In this document: piece by piece, positions 44,935 to 55,800 of the stretch
How positions within the stretch are numbered: position 1 is the first letter of the stretch
Layout of the letters: every line of letters begins with the position of its first letter
Origin: Trichomonas gallinae
Taxonomy: Eukaryota
Length of the DNA stretch: 60,492 bases
Assembly: GCA_008369845.1 (NCBI GenBank)
Contig: MRSU01007220.1
Span: 1-60,492, forward strand
Reading direction: 5' to 3'
Notes under the pieces: generated by a model
Told to the model about the DNA's origin: nothing
What the model saw: only the letters and a program-made list of their open reading frames with translations
Database searches by the model: none
Position numbers and translations under genes: made by a program

Positions 44935-46194
44935 ATGCAAAGTTTTCAGTATGAAGGATTCATTAAAAAACGGGGTGAGAAGCTAGGATTCTGGCATAGG
45001 CGGTATTGCATGATAAACGGGACTAGTTTGTTGCTGAGAAAAAGCCAGCTTCGATCGAATTCAGAAGAAAATTTCGATTTGACAGCAGATACAAGGATAG
45101 ATTTCGTACCAGATTCAAAAGAGCATGAAATAATTGTTGAATTTCCATCACATCAGACTCTAGTTTTAACAGATTCGAATAAGAACAATCTACATCATCT
45201 CCTGAATGAATTGAGGCTTGCTACTCTTAAGTCCTCGCAGTTGAGTATGGGTTGTTTCGAAATATTATGTGTGTTAGGTCGTGGTCATTTTGGCAAAGTG
45301 TCTTTATGCAGAAGATTAAACTCTGATCAATTATATGCAATCAAATCCGTCCATAAGTCTAGGCTTATGCAATCGAACAAATTTACAACAATATTGAACG
45401 AAAAAAGTGTACTTTTGAAAACAAGAAATCCATTCATCGTGAATATTCACTTTGCATTCCAAACCGAAGCAAAATTCTATTTAGGACTCGAATATATACC
45501 AGGAGGAGATCTCAGCGAGTATCTTACACAAGTTGGATCGATTCCGATCGTAGATCTCAGAATTTACTTAGCAGAGATGATAATCGCTCTACAGGAATTA
45601 CATTCAAAAGGTATCATATATAGAGATTTAAAGCCAGAAAACATACTAATCAATAAAGATGGCCATATTAAATTGACAGATTTCGGATTGTCAAGGTTTT
45701 GCAATCCTTCGGACACTGTAACATCATTCTGTGGTACAATGGAATATATTTCTCCAGAAATGATCAAAAGAGAAAACTACGGCTTCGCTATTGATTATTG
45801 GTCGCTCGGAATTATTGCTTACGAGCTCTCCGTTGGCCGCAGCCCGTTCAAGCGCGCCAACCATATGAAGACATTCCACGCAATTGTCGAAGATGAGCCA
45901 CAATTCACATCTAGGGTAGATTCGCAGCTGAATGATTTGATCAAGCATCTCTTGATTAAGGATCCAAAGAAGAGAATGACACTCGAAGAAGCCAAGAAGC
46001 ATCCGTTTTTTGCTTCCATTGACTTCGATAAGCTTATGAGGAAAGAGATTTCGCCGAATTACATTCCACAAATACAATCTGTTGAAGTTTTGCAGCAAAT
46101 TAGCAATGAATGCCCTGCAGACTCATTCGGTGAGCCTGTCTATACAGCAAATCTTTACCATGACTTTTCTTATGTTTCTCCAAATCTTTTATAA
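44935..46194 (+). CDS. PH-domain AGC kinase (Akt/PKB-like)
   Basis: PH domain (EGFIKKRGEKLGFWHRRY), GRGHFGKV, YAIK, YRDLKPEN, DFG, SFCGTMEYISPE, hydrophobic motif YHDFSY. Inr TCATT at 44921. Confidence 0.93.
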   Translation: MQSFQYEGFIKKRGEKLGFWHRRYCMINGTSLLLRKSQLRSNSEENFDLTADTRIDFVPDSKEHEIIVEFPSHQTLVLTDSNKNNLHHLLNELRLATLKSSQLSMGCFEILCVLGRGHFGKVSLCRRLNSDQLYAIKSVHKSRLMQSNKFTTILNEKSVLLKTRNPFIVNIHFAFQTEAKFYLGLEYIPGGDLSEYLTQVGSIPIVDLRIYLAEMIIALQELHSKGIIYRDLKPENILINKDGHIKLTDFGLSRFCNPSDTVTSFCGTMEYISPEMIKRENYGFAIDYWSLGIIAYELSVGRSPFKRANHMKTFHAIVEDEPQFTSRVDSQLNDLIKHLLIKDPKKRMTLEEAKKHPFFASIDFDKLMRKEISPNYIPQIQSVEVLQQISNECPADSFGEPVYTANLYHDFSYVSPNLL

Positions 46195-46535
46195 ACTTAT
46201 GTTTGTTATTTTCATGTAAATTACTACGATTTTTCACATCTATCATGAAATATATTGATTTCTCATATCAATATTGCTATAGAATAATGTTTGTTATAAA
46301 ATATTTAGACAATAACAACCGAAACTATTATTTGAACTATTTTAACAGTATAAAATGAAATATAAACATATACATATGGTTTTCCTATATATAATTATTC
46401 TATATTACATTAGATTTTCATTTAAATTAATTTTGGTTGACATGAAGGAAATGGTCAGGTTGATATGTTTTTTTCATAAATAGCAGTTTTTAAGAAGTTT
46501 TTATAATTGTTTATCGATGCTGAAAGAAGATTAAT

Positions 46536-47567
46536 TTATATTTTTCCGAACAATATGTAATATGACATTACAACACATTTAGAATACATTTCATTCCTGT
46601 TTGTGCACTGATTCACATTGTTTAGGAATATATAAACATTGTTGGCAAATGGAAATTCTGCATCACATTCTTTTGTTGATAAATGCTGTAGTTTATAAGT
46701 TAATGAAGTTTCAATACAATCCTTGGGATCAAAATAACTAATTTGAGACATATCATCTACATAACATTTGCTAATCAATACTTTAGGTGAATAAGAAAGA
46801 GATATTATAGTAATAATACTTCTCTCACCATATGGACGCATAAAAGAACAGTTTTCAAAAGTTATAATGCTGTTCTTGCGTTCTATTACAAAGATATGTA
46901 TACTTGTATCCGTGGAAGGATTATTTATAAAATTGCATAAATAATGATTAAATACAGAATCAGTGTAAGATAAAACATAACTCTTTGGTTGTTGATTATC
47001 ACAAAAGTTCGACAAATTCGCAAATCCTTCATTCTCAGCCCATACATTATAGCCTGAGCATGATTTAACTACATTTTTTGATTCATTTGTCTGGGTTATA
47101 ACTATGTTTCCTTCAGCAAAATATAAAACAGAATTAATACTTTCTCCGATACATGATGATACTGAACTCTCAATCACATAGTTAAAATGTGATGGTTCTA
47201 ATGAACAGTACGAATGAGCTCCATGCGATTGATCTTTTGTAGTTGACACAGAGCAGCCTGTACTACAAAATCTATATTGTATTATGGAACTATTACATTT
47301 ACAAAATATTGCTCCTCCATATGTATCTTTTTTATCATTGGAGCAGTTTTTAAAGAAACAATTTGAGTGCAAAAACCTAATATCATCTTTCGTTAAATTT
47401 ATTGCTACACTTATAAATGCACTAAAAACCGAGCTAAATATATAAATATCATTTGCATTAAATTTTACATTACAATTTGCGCAATTAACATATTTAGAAC
47501 CTTTAAATGCATCATTATAGTATTTATCCCATATATCATACGGTACATCATCTTTGTTTGATAACAT
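46536..47567 (-). CDS. Cys/Ser/Asn-rich beta-helix-like family member C
   Basis: IWDKYY, IRFLHS, GGAIF, IIQYRFC, ESSVSSC, QHLSTKECDA. ATG at 47567; the frame opens 4 codons earlier at ATT TTA TTG AAG. Confidence 0.75.
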   Translation of the reverse strand: MLSNKDDVPYDIWDKYYNDAFKGSKYVNCANCNVKFNANDIYIFSSVFSAFISVAINLTKDDIRFLHSNCFFKNCSNDKKDTYGGAIFCKCNSSIIQYRFCSTGCSVSTTKDQSHGAHSYCSLEPSHFNYVIESSVSSCIGESINSVLYFAEGNIVITQTNESKNVVKSCSGYNVWAENEGFANLSNFCDNQQPKSYVLSYTDSVFNHYLCNFINNPSTDTSIHIFVIERKNSIITFENCSFMRPYGERSIITIISLSYSPKVLISKCYVDDMSQISYFDPKDCIETSLTYKLQHLSTKECDAEFPFANNVYIFLNNVNQCTNRNEMYSKCVVMSYYILFGKI

Positions 47568-48027
47568 CTTCAATAAAATCTAGTTTGATATCTAAATGCA
47601 GCAATAATCTATATAGAATTTCCATGTACTATTTATTTTTGAGCTCCAACATGTTCAGAGTTGTTTTTATTAGAGTCACGTTGTGAAAACATCAATAAAA
47701 ATAATGACAAAAAGCAATTGAATAATATATTATAACGGACAAATAGATTGTGAATTAAAAACCACCCATAAAAAACTTTTTTTCATTTGTTTCAAAAATG
47801 ATCAAATCTCATAACATAACAAATCATATACAATTAGGTTTGCAGCAGTAATATATAAACACCACAAATGATAACACTCATAATACATACAAAATATTAT
47901 GTTTCAAATTGAAAAACTTGAATAAAATGCGCAAACAAGAAAAATCATAGCTATATCAACTGTGTAGATTAACTATAGATGTTTTATTGCTGCTGATGTA
48001 AAAATGATGTACGTTTAAAATAAAATC

Positions 48028-48837
48028 ATGAGCGCGAGAGGAGAACTGATTCGCCCATTTTCGAGCCGTCAGCCGTACTCAAGTGCTCGTCTGTTGTCAG
48101 ATAAAGAGCAGAGAGCGGAAAGAGAACAGTTTGAACTGATAAAACAGGCAAAGGACAAAATTTCAGTTGAAGAAATCATGGAATTAAAGCGTGAAAAGCA
48201 AAATTTAATACAAGAACGCAATATGCTTCGTGCTAAAATCACACGGTTTTCTGATTTAGCCAAAAAATCAAACTCGAATGTTTCAGTGAATCCAAGAAAC
48301 AGAGGAAAATCAAGAAACACAATGATTGCTAACTCATTACAGCGTCAAATTGATTCTCTTACTCAACAAATTGCTCAAAGAAGATCAGAAACACAACAAT
48401 TAATAATCTCTGACAAGGCCGTTGAAATAACTGAACTCCAAGAAGAAGCTAAGATGCTATATATGGAATCAATGAGATTGGAGCGTGAAAAAAAGGAAGT
48501 TGAAAACGAATATAGAGAAGCACAATTAACATTGGAAAAAATCAACGCAAACTACTCAAGCGCAGTTATCTCCGAACAAGCAAAGCAGATAAAGAATTTA
48601 GAGAAGGAAATTTCTCTACAAAGACAAAGAAACGAAATTCTGCGAACAAAAATCTCAGCAATTAAAGAAGAGCAGAAAGACAAGGCCTACATAGATGCAA
48701 CAGAGAAGGTCAAGCAGAAAATAGAAGAAGTTAAAAAGAAGATTCAAATGGAAAGAGAAGAAATGCGCAAACTTGACGAAGAAATAAATCTTTTCAAAAT
48801 CGCGCACAAAGAAAGAATGGAAAAGCTTCGTAAATAA
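48028..48837 (+). CDS. Coiled-coil hypothetical protein
   Basis: 269-aa Glu/Lys/Gln-rich heptad pattern; TAAA stop. Confidence 0.8.
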   Translation: MSARGELIRPFSSRQPYSSARLLSDKEQRAEREQFELIKQAKDKISVEEIMELKREKQNLIQERNMLRAKITRFSDLAKKSNSNVSVNPRNRGKSRNTMIANSLQRQIDSLTQQIAQRRSETQQLIISDKAVEITELQEEAKMLYMESMRLEREKKEVENEYREAQLTLEKINANYSSAVISEQAKQIKNLEKEISLQRQRNEILRTKISAIKEEQKDKAYIDATEKVKQKIEEVKKKIQMEREEMRKLDEEINLFKIAHKERMEKLRK

Positions 48838-48881
48838 ATTTTGTTTGTTTGTTATAAATATTTTTTATTTATAGTCTAATA

Positions 48882-49054
48882 TGCAAGCTTCTCGATGTCA
48901 GAATTGTGCGAGATATTGAACATCAACGTGAACATGCTCTCTCCTCTAGAAGAGAACGCAATCAAGAAGCACTGCATAGAGCTTTGGGACATCGAATACC
49001 AGAATGTTCTATACGAGCAGAGAATCATCAAGATGATGGTCATGATCACAGGAA
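48882..49054 (+). pseudogene. 173-bp inverted copy of RhoGEF-Kelch gene segment 53158-53330
   Basis: Colinear with the reverse complement of 53158-53330; 4 mismatches and no indels. Confidence 0.95.
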
Positions 49055-49357
49055 ACCTTTCATCGTTAACTTATTTTTTTGATTAGATTGATATGCTTCG
49101 AAAAAAATCAAATGAGAAATTAGCTAAATTTTTTTATTGGAGTTGTCAAATACAAAAAGTTTCACTTGTTTCTCCTGTTTGTATCTAAGTTTATCTAGAA
49201 ATGCTGTAATATTTGTAAAAAGTATTTCACACGATTATGAAATATAAGAATACTTAATTATCTATTGATATTCATATATATATATAATAGTTTATTAAAA
49301 TATCAGTAGATATATTCATTATAAATTAATCACTTCTTTATCAAATATAACAAAAAA

Positions 49358-51499
49358 TTACTGTGTTTCGTTGAGCGAACTTGGCAGGATAATGAGATCG
49401 AGCGTTTCTTTGACTCCCCAAAGCTGACAGATTTTAGATTGGTCTTCTTGCTCTCCTAGTGGCTTCATGAAATGTTGAATATATTCGATGTTAGAAACGA
49501 GTTTCAATGGCTTAACATATCCAGTGAGGAGAAGTCTGATTGGCAGCATATCATCTTCGCCAACTTCATCAATTTCATATGTTGCGATGTAATACATCTT
49601 TTTGAATGATTTATGGATCGCTCTTAGCTTTGCGCCTGGCAAATTCGTTTTCAGAGACATCCTGAAGCAAATTGCAGCAGGCTCTAATTGTTGTGGCTTG
49701 GATATTAGGTTCCTAACACGCTTCAATGCTTTCGCCGTCTGTTCTGGAGTATTTCCTGTGAAAACTTTAGTTACGTAGTTTTCCACTGACAATAATTTGA
49801 CCAAGTTTTCATCCTGCTCATTCAAATCAGGGTGGAACTCCAAAAACTTCTCGAATGGAATGTGTATCATTATAGCGTCATGAAGTAATAGTGAAATATC
49901 ACCTTGTATGCCTAATTTTGACAAAAACTCTTTGCAGGATTTTTCTTGCTCCCTGTAAAAGTTAACGAAATCTTCTGAATTCATACAGAATTGTTCTATG
50001 AGTTGAGGTGTGATTAAATCAGAAATTGCCTTCGTTTCGACTAATTTACTGAAAAATATCGCCAGGATGCTATCTTCGCTATCAGAAAGATGACTTTGCG
50101 TCTTCTTTCTTAACGCAGAGATTTTTTCTTGTGAAAGCTTCATGTTTCGTAGTGTATCAAGCATATTAGTTCTAATTGCCGATCCTTCTTTTAATTTCTC
50201 TTCAATTGTGTTTATCACTTCTGATATTTTTGTTGTATTCACTTCATCTTTATATATATCTAAAATAGTGTCTAATATAACAGTGCGCTCCATAATTTTA
50301 GACTGCACGCAGATAGATTGGAGCCCTTCAATAAAAGAGTCAACATATTTCTCTGGACTTGTGCATGGAATGTCTTCGAATAGTGTTAAAACTGTTTCGA
50401 TAGAATCTGCTAAATTTGTTTTGTTTGATTTTTGGACGCCTTTTGAGTTTTTCTTTGAACCATCGTTGATTTCAATAACAACATACTCGTTGTCATTTGC
50501 TATATTCACATTTTCAGCTGTTGTATCAATTGTTGGATCAAATTTTGATTTTGCAATTTTTGCGAGTTTTACTAAATTTTGGATATCCTGCCTGTGATAA
50601 ATCATGATTCTGTTTGAAAGATCTTCAATTAATGGTAATATTTCGGACGAATTTTCGTTTTCTAAAATGATTTCTACTAATTGAGACATTTTCTTAAGAA
50701 ATGCAGATTCTATTAAGCTAAATGATGTTCTAATTGTTTCTTTGAATTCTAATGATACATAACTCAAAGGAGAACTACAGAAGGGAGTGATAAAAGAATT
50801 CATTAAAAACGAATTCTTGTCTGTAGCAGTATTTAGCAACTGCTTCACGTATATTGGACAATCTGATCGATTTTTCTTCCATATTTCTAGTACTTCATCG
50901 ACAAATTTCTCAGCATCTTCTTCAGATTGAACAGCATGAGATCTATTTTCGCAATTCATGATAATATATCTGAAAAATTTCGTAAAACATTGTATCGCAA
51001 ATAGTGGCTGTGCAAATAAACTTCCATATTCTTGATCTATTTTCAAAAATTCTTGCACTAATTCAACAAAGTCTGCAATACAATACGAATAACTTAATGA
51101 GCCAAATACACTTGTTATCATTGAGAATACAACTGTATCTGATAAATTCGGATTTTCTTTTAAGAAAGTAATTAGAATTTCCGCGAATTTCTGCTTATTT
51201 TGTAATAGATTTGTCGAAATATTAATCAAGGAGTTAATTTGACTGTTAAGTAGATCTCTATTTCTCGTCCATGAATTTACTTGCTGTATTTTGCTTGTAT
51301 TGATATCTGAGCTAGCAGCACTTACATGTACACCGTATTTATGAAGATATAGTTGCTTTTTGCAATTAAGAATGATATCAATCAAAATTAATTTATGCTG
51401 TGAAGCTAATTCTCCTACTTGGGAGTCGTAGTACACTTTGAATACATACTGTTGCTTAAGCTTTCTCTGTATTTTAATGATCTTATCATGAAACTCCAT
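49358..51499 (-). CDS. VPS9-domain protein (Rab5-family GEF-like)
   Basis: C-terminal PGAKLRAI...EVGEDDMLP...LKLVSNIEYIQHF matches the VPS9 GADDLLP...L.SN..YI..F pattern. Confidence 0.75.
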   Translation of the reverse strand: MEFHDKIIKIQRKLKQQYVFKVYYDSQVGELASQHKLILIDIILNCKKQLYLHKYGVHVSAASSDINTSKIQQVNSWTRNRDLLNSQINSLINISTNLLQNKQKFAEILITFLKENPNLSDTVVFSMITSVFGSLSYSYCIADFVELVQEFLKIDQEYGSLFAQPLFAIQCFTKFFRYIIMNCENRSHAVQSEEDAEKFVDEVLEIWKKNRSDCPIYVKQLLNTATDKNSFLMNSFITPFCSSPLSYVSLEFKETIRTSFSLIESAFLKKMSQLVEIILENENSSEILPLIEDLSNRIMIYHRQDIQNLVKLAKIAKSKFDPTIDTTAENVNIANDNEYVVIEINDGSKKNSKGVQKSNKTNLADSIETVLTLFEDIPCTSPEKYVDSFIEGLQSICVQSKIMERTVILDTILDIYKDEVNTTKISEVINTIEEKLKEGSAIRTNMLDTLRNMKLSQEKISALRKKTQSHLSDSEDSILAIFFSKLVETKAISDLITPQLIEQFCMNSEDFVNFYREQEKSCKEFLSKLGIQGDISLLLHDAIMIHIPFEKFLEFHPDLNEQDENLVKLLSVENYVTKVFTGNTPEQTAKALKRVRNLISKPQQLEPAAICFRMSLKTNLPGAKLRAIHKSFKKMYYIATYEIDEVGEDDMLPIRLLLTGYVKPLKLVSNIEYIQHFMKPLGEQEDQSKICQLWGVKETLDLIILPSSLNETQ

Positions 51500-52017
51500 T
51501 TTTTTTTTTCACGATTTCAGATCACTTTGATATTATAGGGTTTGACACTTTATTAGCCAGGGTCTATCATTTTTTAAAATTCATTTTTCTCCATTTTATA
51601 ATGATATTTGTGTTAAATTAACTAATGAATAATGAGATTTAGTACTTATACTTTATATGTATGCAAATAAAATTAACATTTTTTCATTTATCTTATTATT
51701 GTGTTCTATAACTATTTTTGGCATCTAATCTATCTAAACAAGTCAATTATATATAGAGAACTGATGATTGATTCATTATATTTGCATATTTCAAAATCAT
51801 CAAAAATGAAGAAGAATAAATCATATATGAAAACGATTGGATTCTAATATTAAATTTTCAAGTTATGAATTCATGAATTTGCTTATATATTTTGATATTT
51901 CTAGCTTTTAATTTTTAACTAATAATATATGAATTTTATATGATGAAATGCTTTGAAATTGATTATGTTGCTCAATAAATCGTAGAATTTCAAAAAATAA
52001 TTTGTCGAAACAATTAT

Positions 52018-52473
52018 TTAAGCAACGAGAGCAGAAGCTGTCTGAGCACTGTACTTCCAGTTTGGAGCAAGAACACGACGAGCCTTATAATAGCGTGTAA
52101 GGCGGTGAATTCTTGATTCAATAAGAATAAGACGGTATTTGCCATCGACATCGTGCTTAGCATGCTCAAGATGCTTGCGAACGTTTGTTGCCTTCTTGAT
52201 AAGATAGTAAAGTTCTTCTGGAAGAGATGGTGCAAGTCCATTAGCCTTAAGAATGCGAAGAACCTTGACACCAGTGACAGCGCGAACCATACCAATGCCA
52301 TTGCGATCACGGAGGAGGGCACCAATCTGAGATGGGCGAACACCCTTCTTTGCATAATCGCAGATCATCTGAACTGTCTGCTCAGCGTTGTACTGGAGCC
52401 AGTGTGGAGCTGAGCGGCGGTACGGGCATGTTGATGAGCTAATACCTTTTCCTGGAGAATGAAGACGTCCCAT
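52018..52473 (-). CDS. RPS13: 40S ribosomal protein S13 (uS15)
   Basis: [41 protein letters not shown]; 151 aa. Confidence 0.98.
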   Translation of the reverse strand: MGRLHSPGKGISSSTCPYRRSAPHWLQYNAEQTVQMICDYAKKGVRPSQIGALLRDRNGIGMVRAVTGVKVLRILKANGLAPSLPEELYYLIKKATNVRKHLEHAKHDVDGKYRLILIESRIHRLTRYYKARRVLAPNWKYSAQTASALVA

Positions 52474-52894
52474 TCGAAAAAAAAGAACAAAATTTTGTCT
52501 CGTAAATATTTACATGGCATTTTAAAATGTCAAAATATTCAGTCCATTGCGGGGTGTTTGAAGATCATGTGTTATGGATGTCCGAAAAACCGTTCTTTCG
52601 GTACTTTTTCTGTTCAATGCGCATTAAAAACTACATCAGCTTGAATAAGGTTAATTTGTGGTATTAATTCAATTTTTCTAAAAATGTAAACTTCAGAATT
52701 TGAACAATTACATTATTTTTATTTACGTGATGTCCATATAAATTCTATAATTTTTTATGATGAATAGTTATCTATTATTTTTTCAATATTATTTGAGTAA
52801 GAAGAACTGATTAATACTAATAAAGATAAATAGATGAAGATGCTAATTCGATAAACTAAAAACATTTAATAATAATACTAATAAAAATAAGATA

Positions 52895-55800
52895 TTACAT
52901 TACGTTCACAATAAGGCAGCCATTATCTTTGAAATAAACATAGTTAAGTGCGCAGAGTAGCGAACGTTCGTCGAGATTCTGCTGAACACCTCTGGCAGTT
53001 TCAATTGCGATGACTCTAACTTCATGCTTTAAGTAATCACGTACTTTCTGTATCAATTCTGGGCATGTGATATCTGATGTGATCTTTGCAACCCGTGCAG
53101 AGCGAGAGTTGTACTCAAATATTTTCATCCTCATTGAGATTCCGGATGGGACGCCGCTTCCTGTGATCATTGCCATCATCTTGATGATTCTCTGCTCGTA
53201 TAGAACATTCTGGTATGCGATGTCCCAAAGCTCTATGCAGTGCTTCTTGATTGCGTTCTCTTCTAGAGGAGAGAGCATGTTCACATTGATGTTCAATATC
53301 TCGCACAATTCTGACATCGAGAAGCTTGCACTCGGCGGAATGAATCTTTCTGGGTGGTGTGCAGATGATGTTTGCATCATGTAGGACTGCTGCTTGTTAT
53401 CTTTGTATTGCATACCCATCCTTGGATCCATCTGGTATCCATAATTAGTCTCTGGTGCCATAGGCCTATTTCCAGCGTTGGCAAGTTTTGACGCATTCTG
53501 GACTTGCATCGCTTGGATGGCTTCGGTCTCGAGAACACTGACGCTGTGTCTCTGGAATCCTGGTTGCTTCATATTCCTGACTGCCGGCGGTTCTTGTCGA
53601 GGCAGCGTCCTTATTGTTGGCTGCATTGAAGTCTGATATAGAGAACCAGTAGCATAGTCAGCTGGGTTTGGAGTTGGGAATGCTGAGTCATTAACCGGAG
53701 AAGATCCGAGTGATGAACTGGACGAGCTTCCTTGATTGGGGAAGTATGGAGGAGTTAGATGAGAGCTTTGAAGGTACGGCGGCTGAATTGGTTGTTGCGG
53801 AATATGACTGGTGACATAAGGGAGAGAAACATAACTGTTTGATGGAGGGGCAGCATTATTATGAGCATAAGATGAGGTAGTTTGATAAGCTTGATATTGG
53901 GTTGAATAGTTTGAGTACTGACTATATTGGTATGTTGCATTTTGCGTCGAGTACTGACCTATTGTTGAGTAGTTGCCTGAGTAATTACTTGAGTAATTGC
54001 TCGAGTGATTGCTTGCATAATTACTTGCGAAGTGATTGCTTGAGTATGGATTCGTGCTTGCATAATTTTGTTGTTGTTGCTGTTGCGCTTGTTGCTGCTG
54101 CTGATTGTTGGTTTCAATGATCTGTTGTGCAGCGCCGTTAGTGCTCGAGAATGGGAAGTGTGGTAAATCAGAGCCGCCATTCTGTCTTGGAGCTGGTGCT
54201 TGTGGTGCTGATTGATATGAAATTATATGTGATGGTGATGGTGGTGCTGTAGCCTGATATGAAAATCGATTTGTCGCGTAGCCTTGTGCATAAGGTTGTG
54301 TCTGATATAAACTGTATTGTTGCTGAAGAGTTTGCTGTTGTTGGACTGTTTGTCTTGGTGGCGTTAGGTGCTGTGGTGCTTGTTGATGAAGAGGCGATTG
54401 TTGCAGTGTAGGCTGAGATGTTTGGAAGATTGATGCGTTTGTATCGTTGAAGTTGAACTGAGCGTAGGACTTCACTGCTTTGAGAACTGGCTTGCTTGAT
54501 GATTGTGAAGGAGGAGGTGTAGTTGTTGTGATTGTAGTCTGTTTAGGAGGAATTGACTGCGGCTGGAAGACAGGCGTGTTCGGGTATTCTTTCGATCTCC
54601 TTGATTCCATCATCGACTCCAAAACTCTTGGTGCTGACAGTTTCTTGGAATGTCCTGATTCATAGTCATCGTCATCCCTCTTTCTCCTCTTCGCTCTGAC
54701 TTCTTCGTAGTTGACTGACTCTTTGAGGTCGTCGCCATCATAAGCCTTCTGATTTTTCTTGGCTGTTTCTTGATTGATGAACATTGGCAAGCCAGTGTCT
54801 TCCTTCAGGAAGAAGGTCTGCGAGCCTTCAGATGGCAGCTTAATTTCTTTCTCTTCAGATGCTGCTGCATTTGTGAACCAATCAATAGAAGTGTTGTGCC
54901 AGTATCTGTCTATAGCTTTGCTGTTGTCTATCTTGAAGTTGTGAGAGTCGCCGCCGAAGTCTGCAATCCAAGCAGTGGAATACTCTCTGTGTTCTGTTCT
55001 GTCTGTTCCTCCGAAGACCAAAGCTTTGTGGCTGTCGATGCACAGCAAGGTGTGTCTGCAGAGGTTAGGTGGAACGTTGCCGAGATGCTCGACATCATCA
55101 ACAATTGTCCACTGTTTAGTATCAATGATAACATTTTCGGTTCCTGTTGGATCTCTGAGACCACCTTTGATGAAAAGCCATCTACCAATGAGACATGCTT
55201 TGTGATCGAATCTGTAGTCTACGGCTGCTTTCACTCTTATGGACCATTTGGCCTGTTTGAAGTCCCATAACCAGCAGTCGCCGTAGAATTCATCTGCTGA
55301 TTTTCCGCCGACAATGACCATTCTCGCGTGTTTTCTTCCGAGCAAAGTTGCAGTGTGTCCATATCTAGGATGCGGGAAGACGGCAGGATGAGCAAGTTCG
55401 TGGTATTCGTTTGTCTCTGGATCGTAAACTGATATTAAGTCTGTGCAGTAGGCATCTGACGCGCCTTTCCTCTTGCAGATCTTCCCGCCGTAAAAATAAA
55501 GCTTCTTGTCGTAAGCAACGCATGTGTGTCCGTATCTAGCAAGCGGCTTCTCGTTGACTGGTTTGATCTTCGACCATGTCTTTGAGGCGATGTTGTAGCA
55601 CCAAATGTCATGGAAAACGCGACCTGTTTTCTTTGAATAGCCGAAGGCGACATATAAGTTACCTCTCAATGGAGTAATCGTGTGTGCTTCACGTGCTGGA
55701 ACTGGAGTTTCTTCTGATGCCCACGTCTGTTCTGATATAACATACCAGAAGAGAGAAGAAGTCGAAATAAATGAAGCATTCGAGCCGCCGAAGAAGAAAG

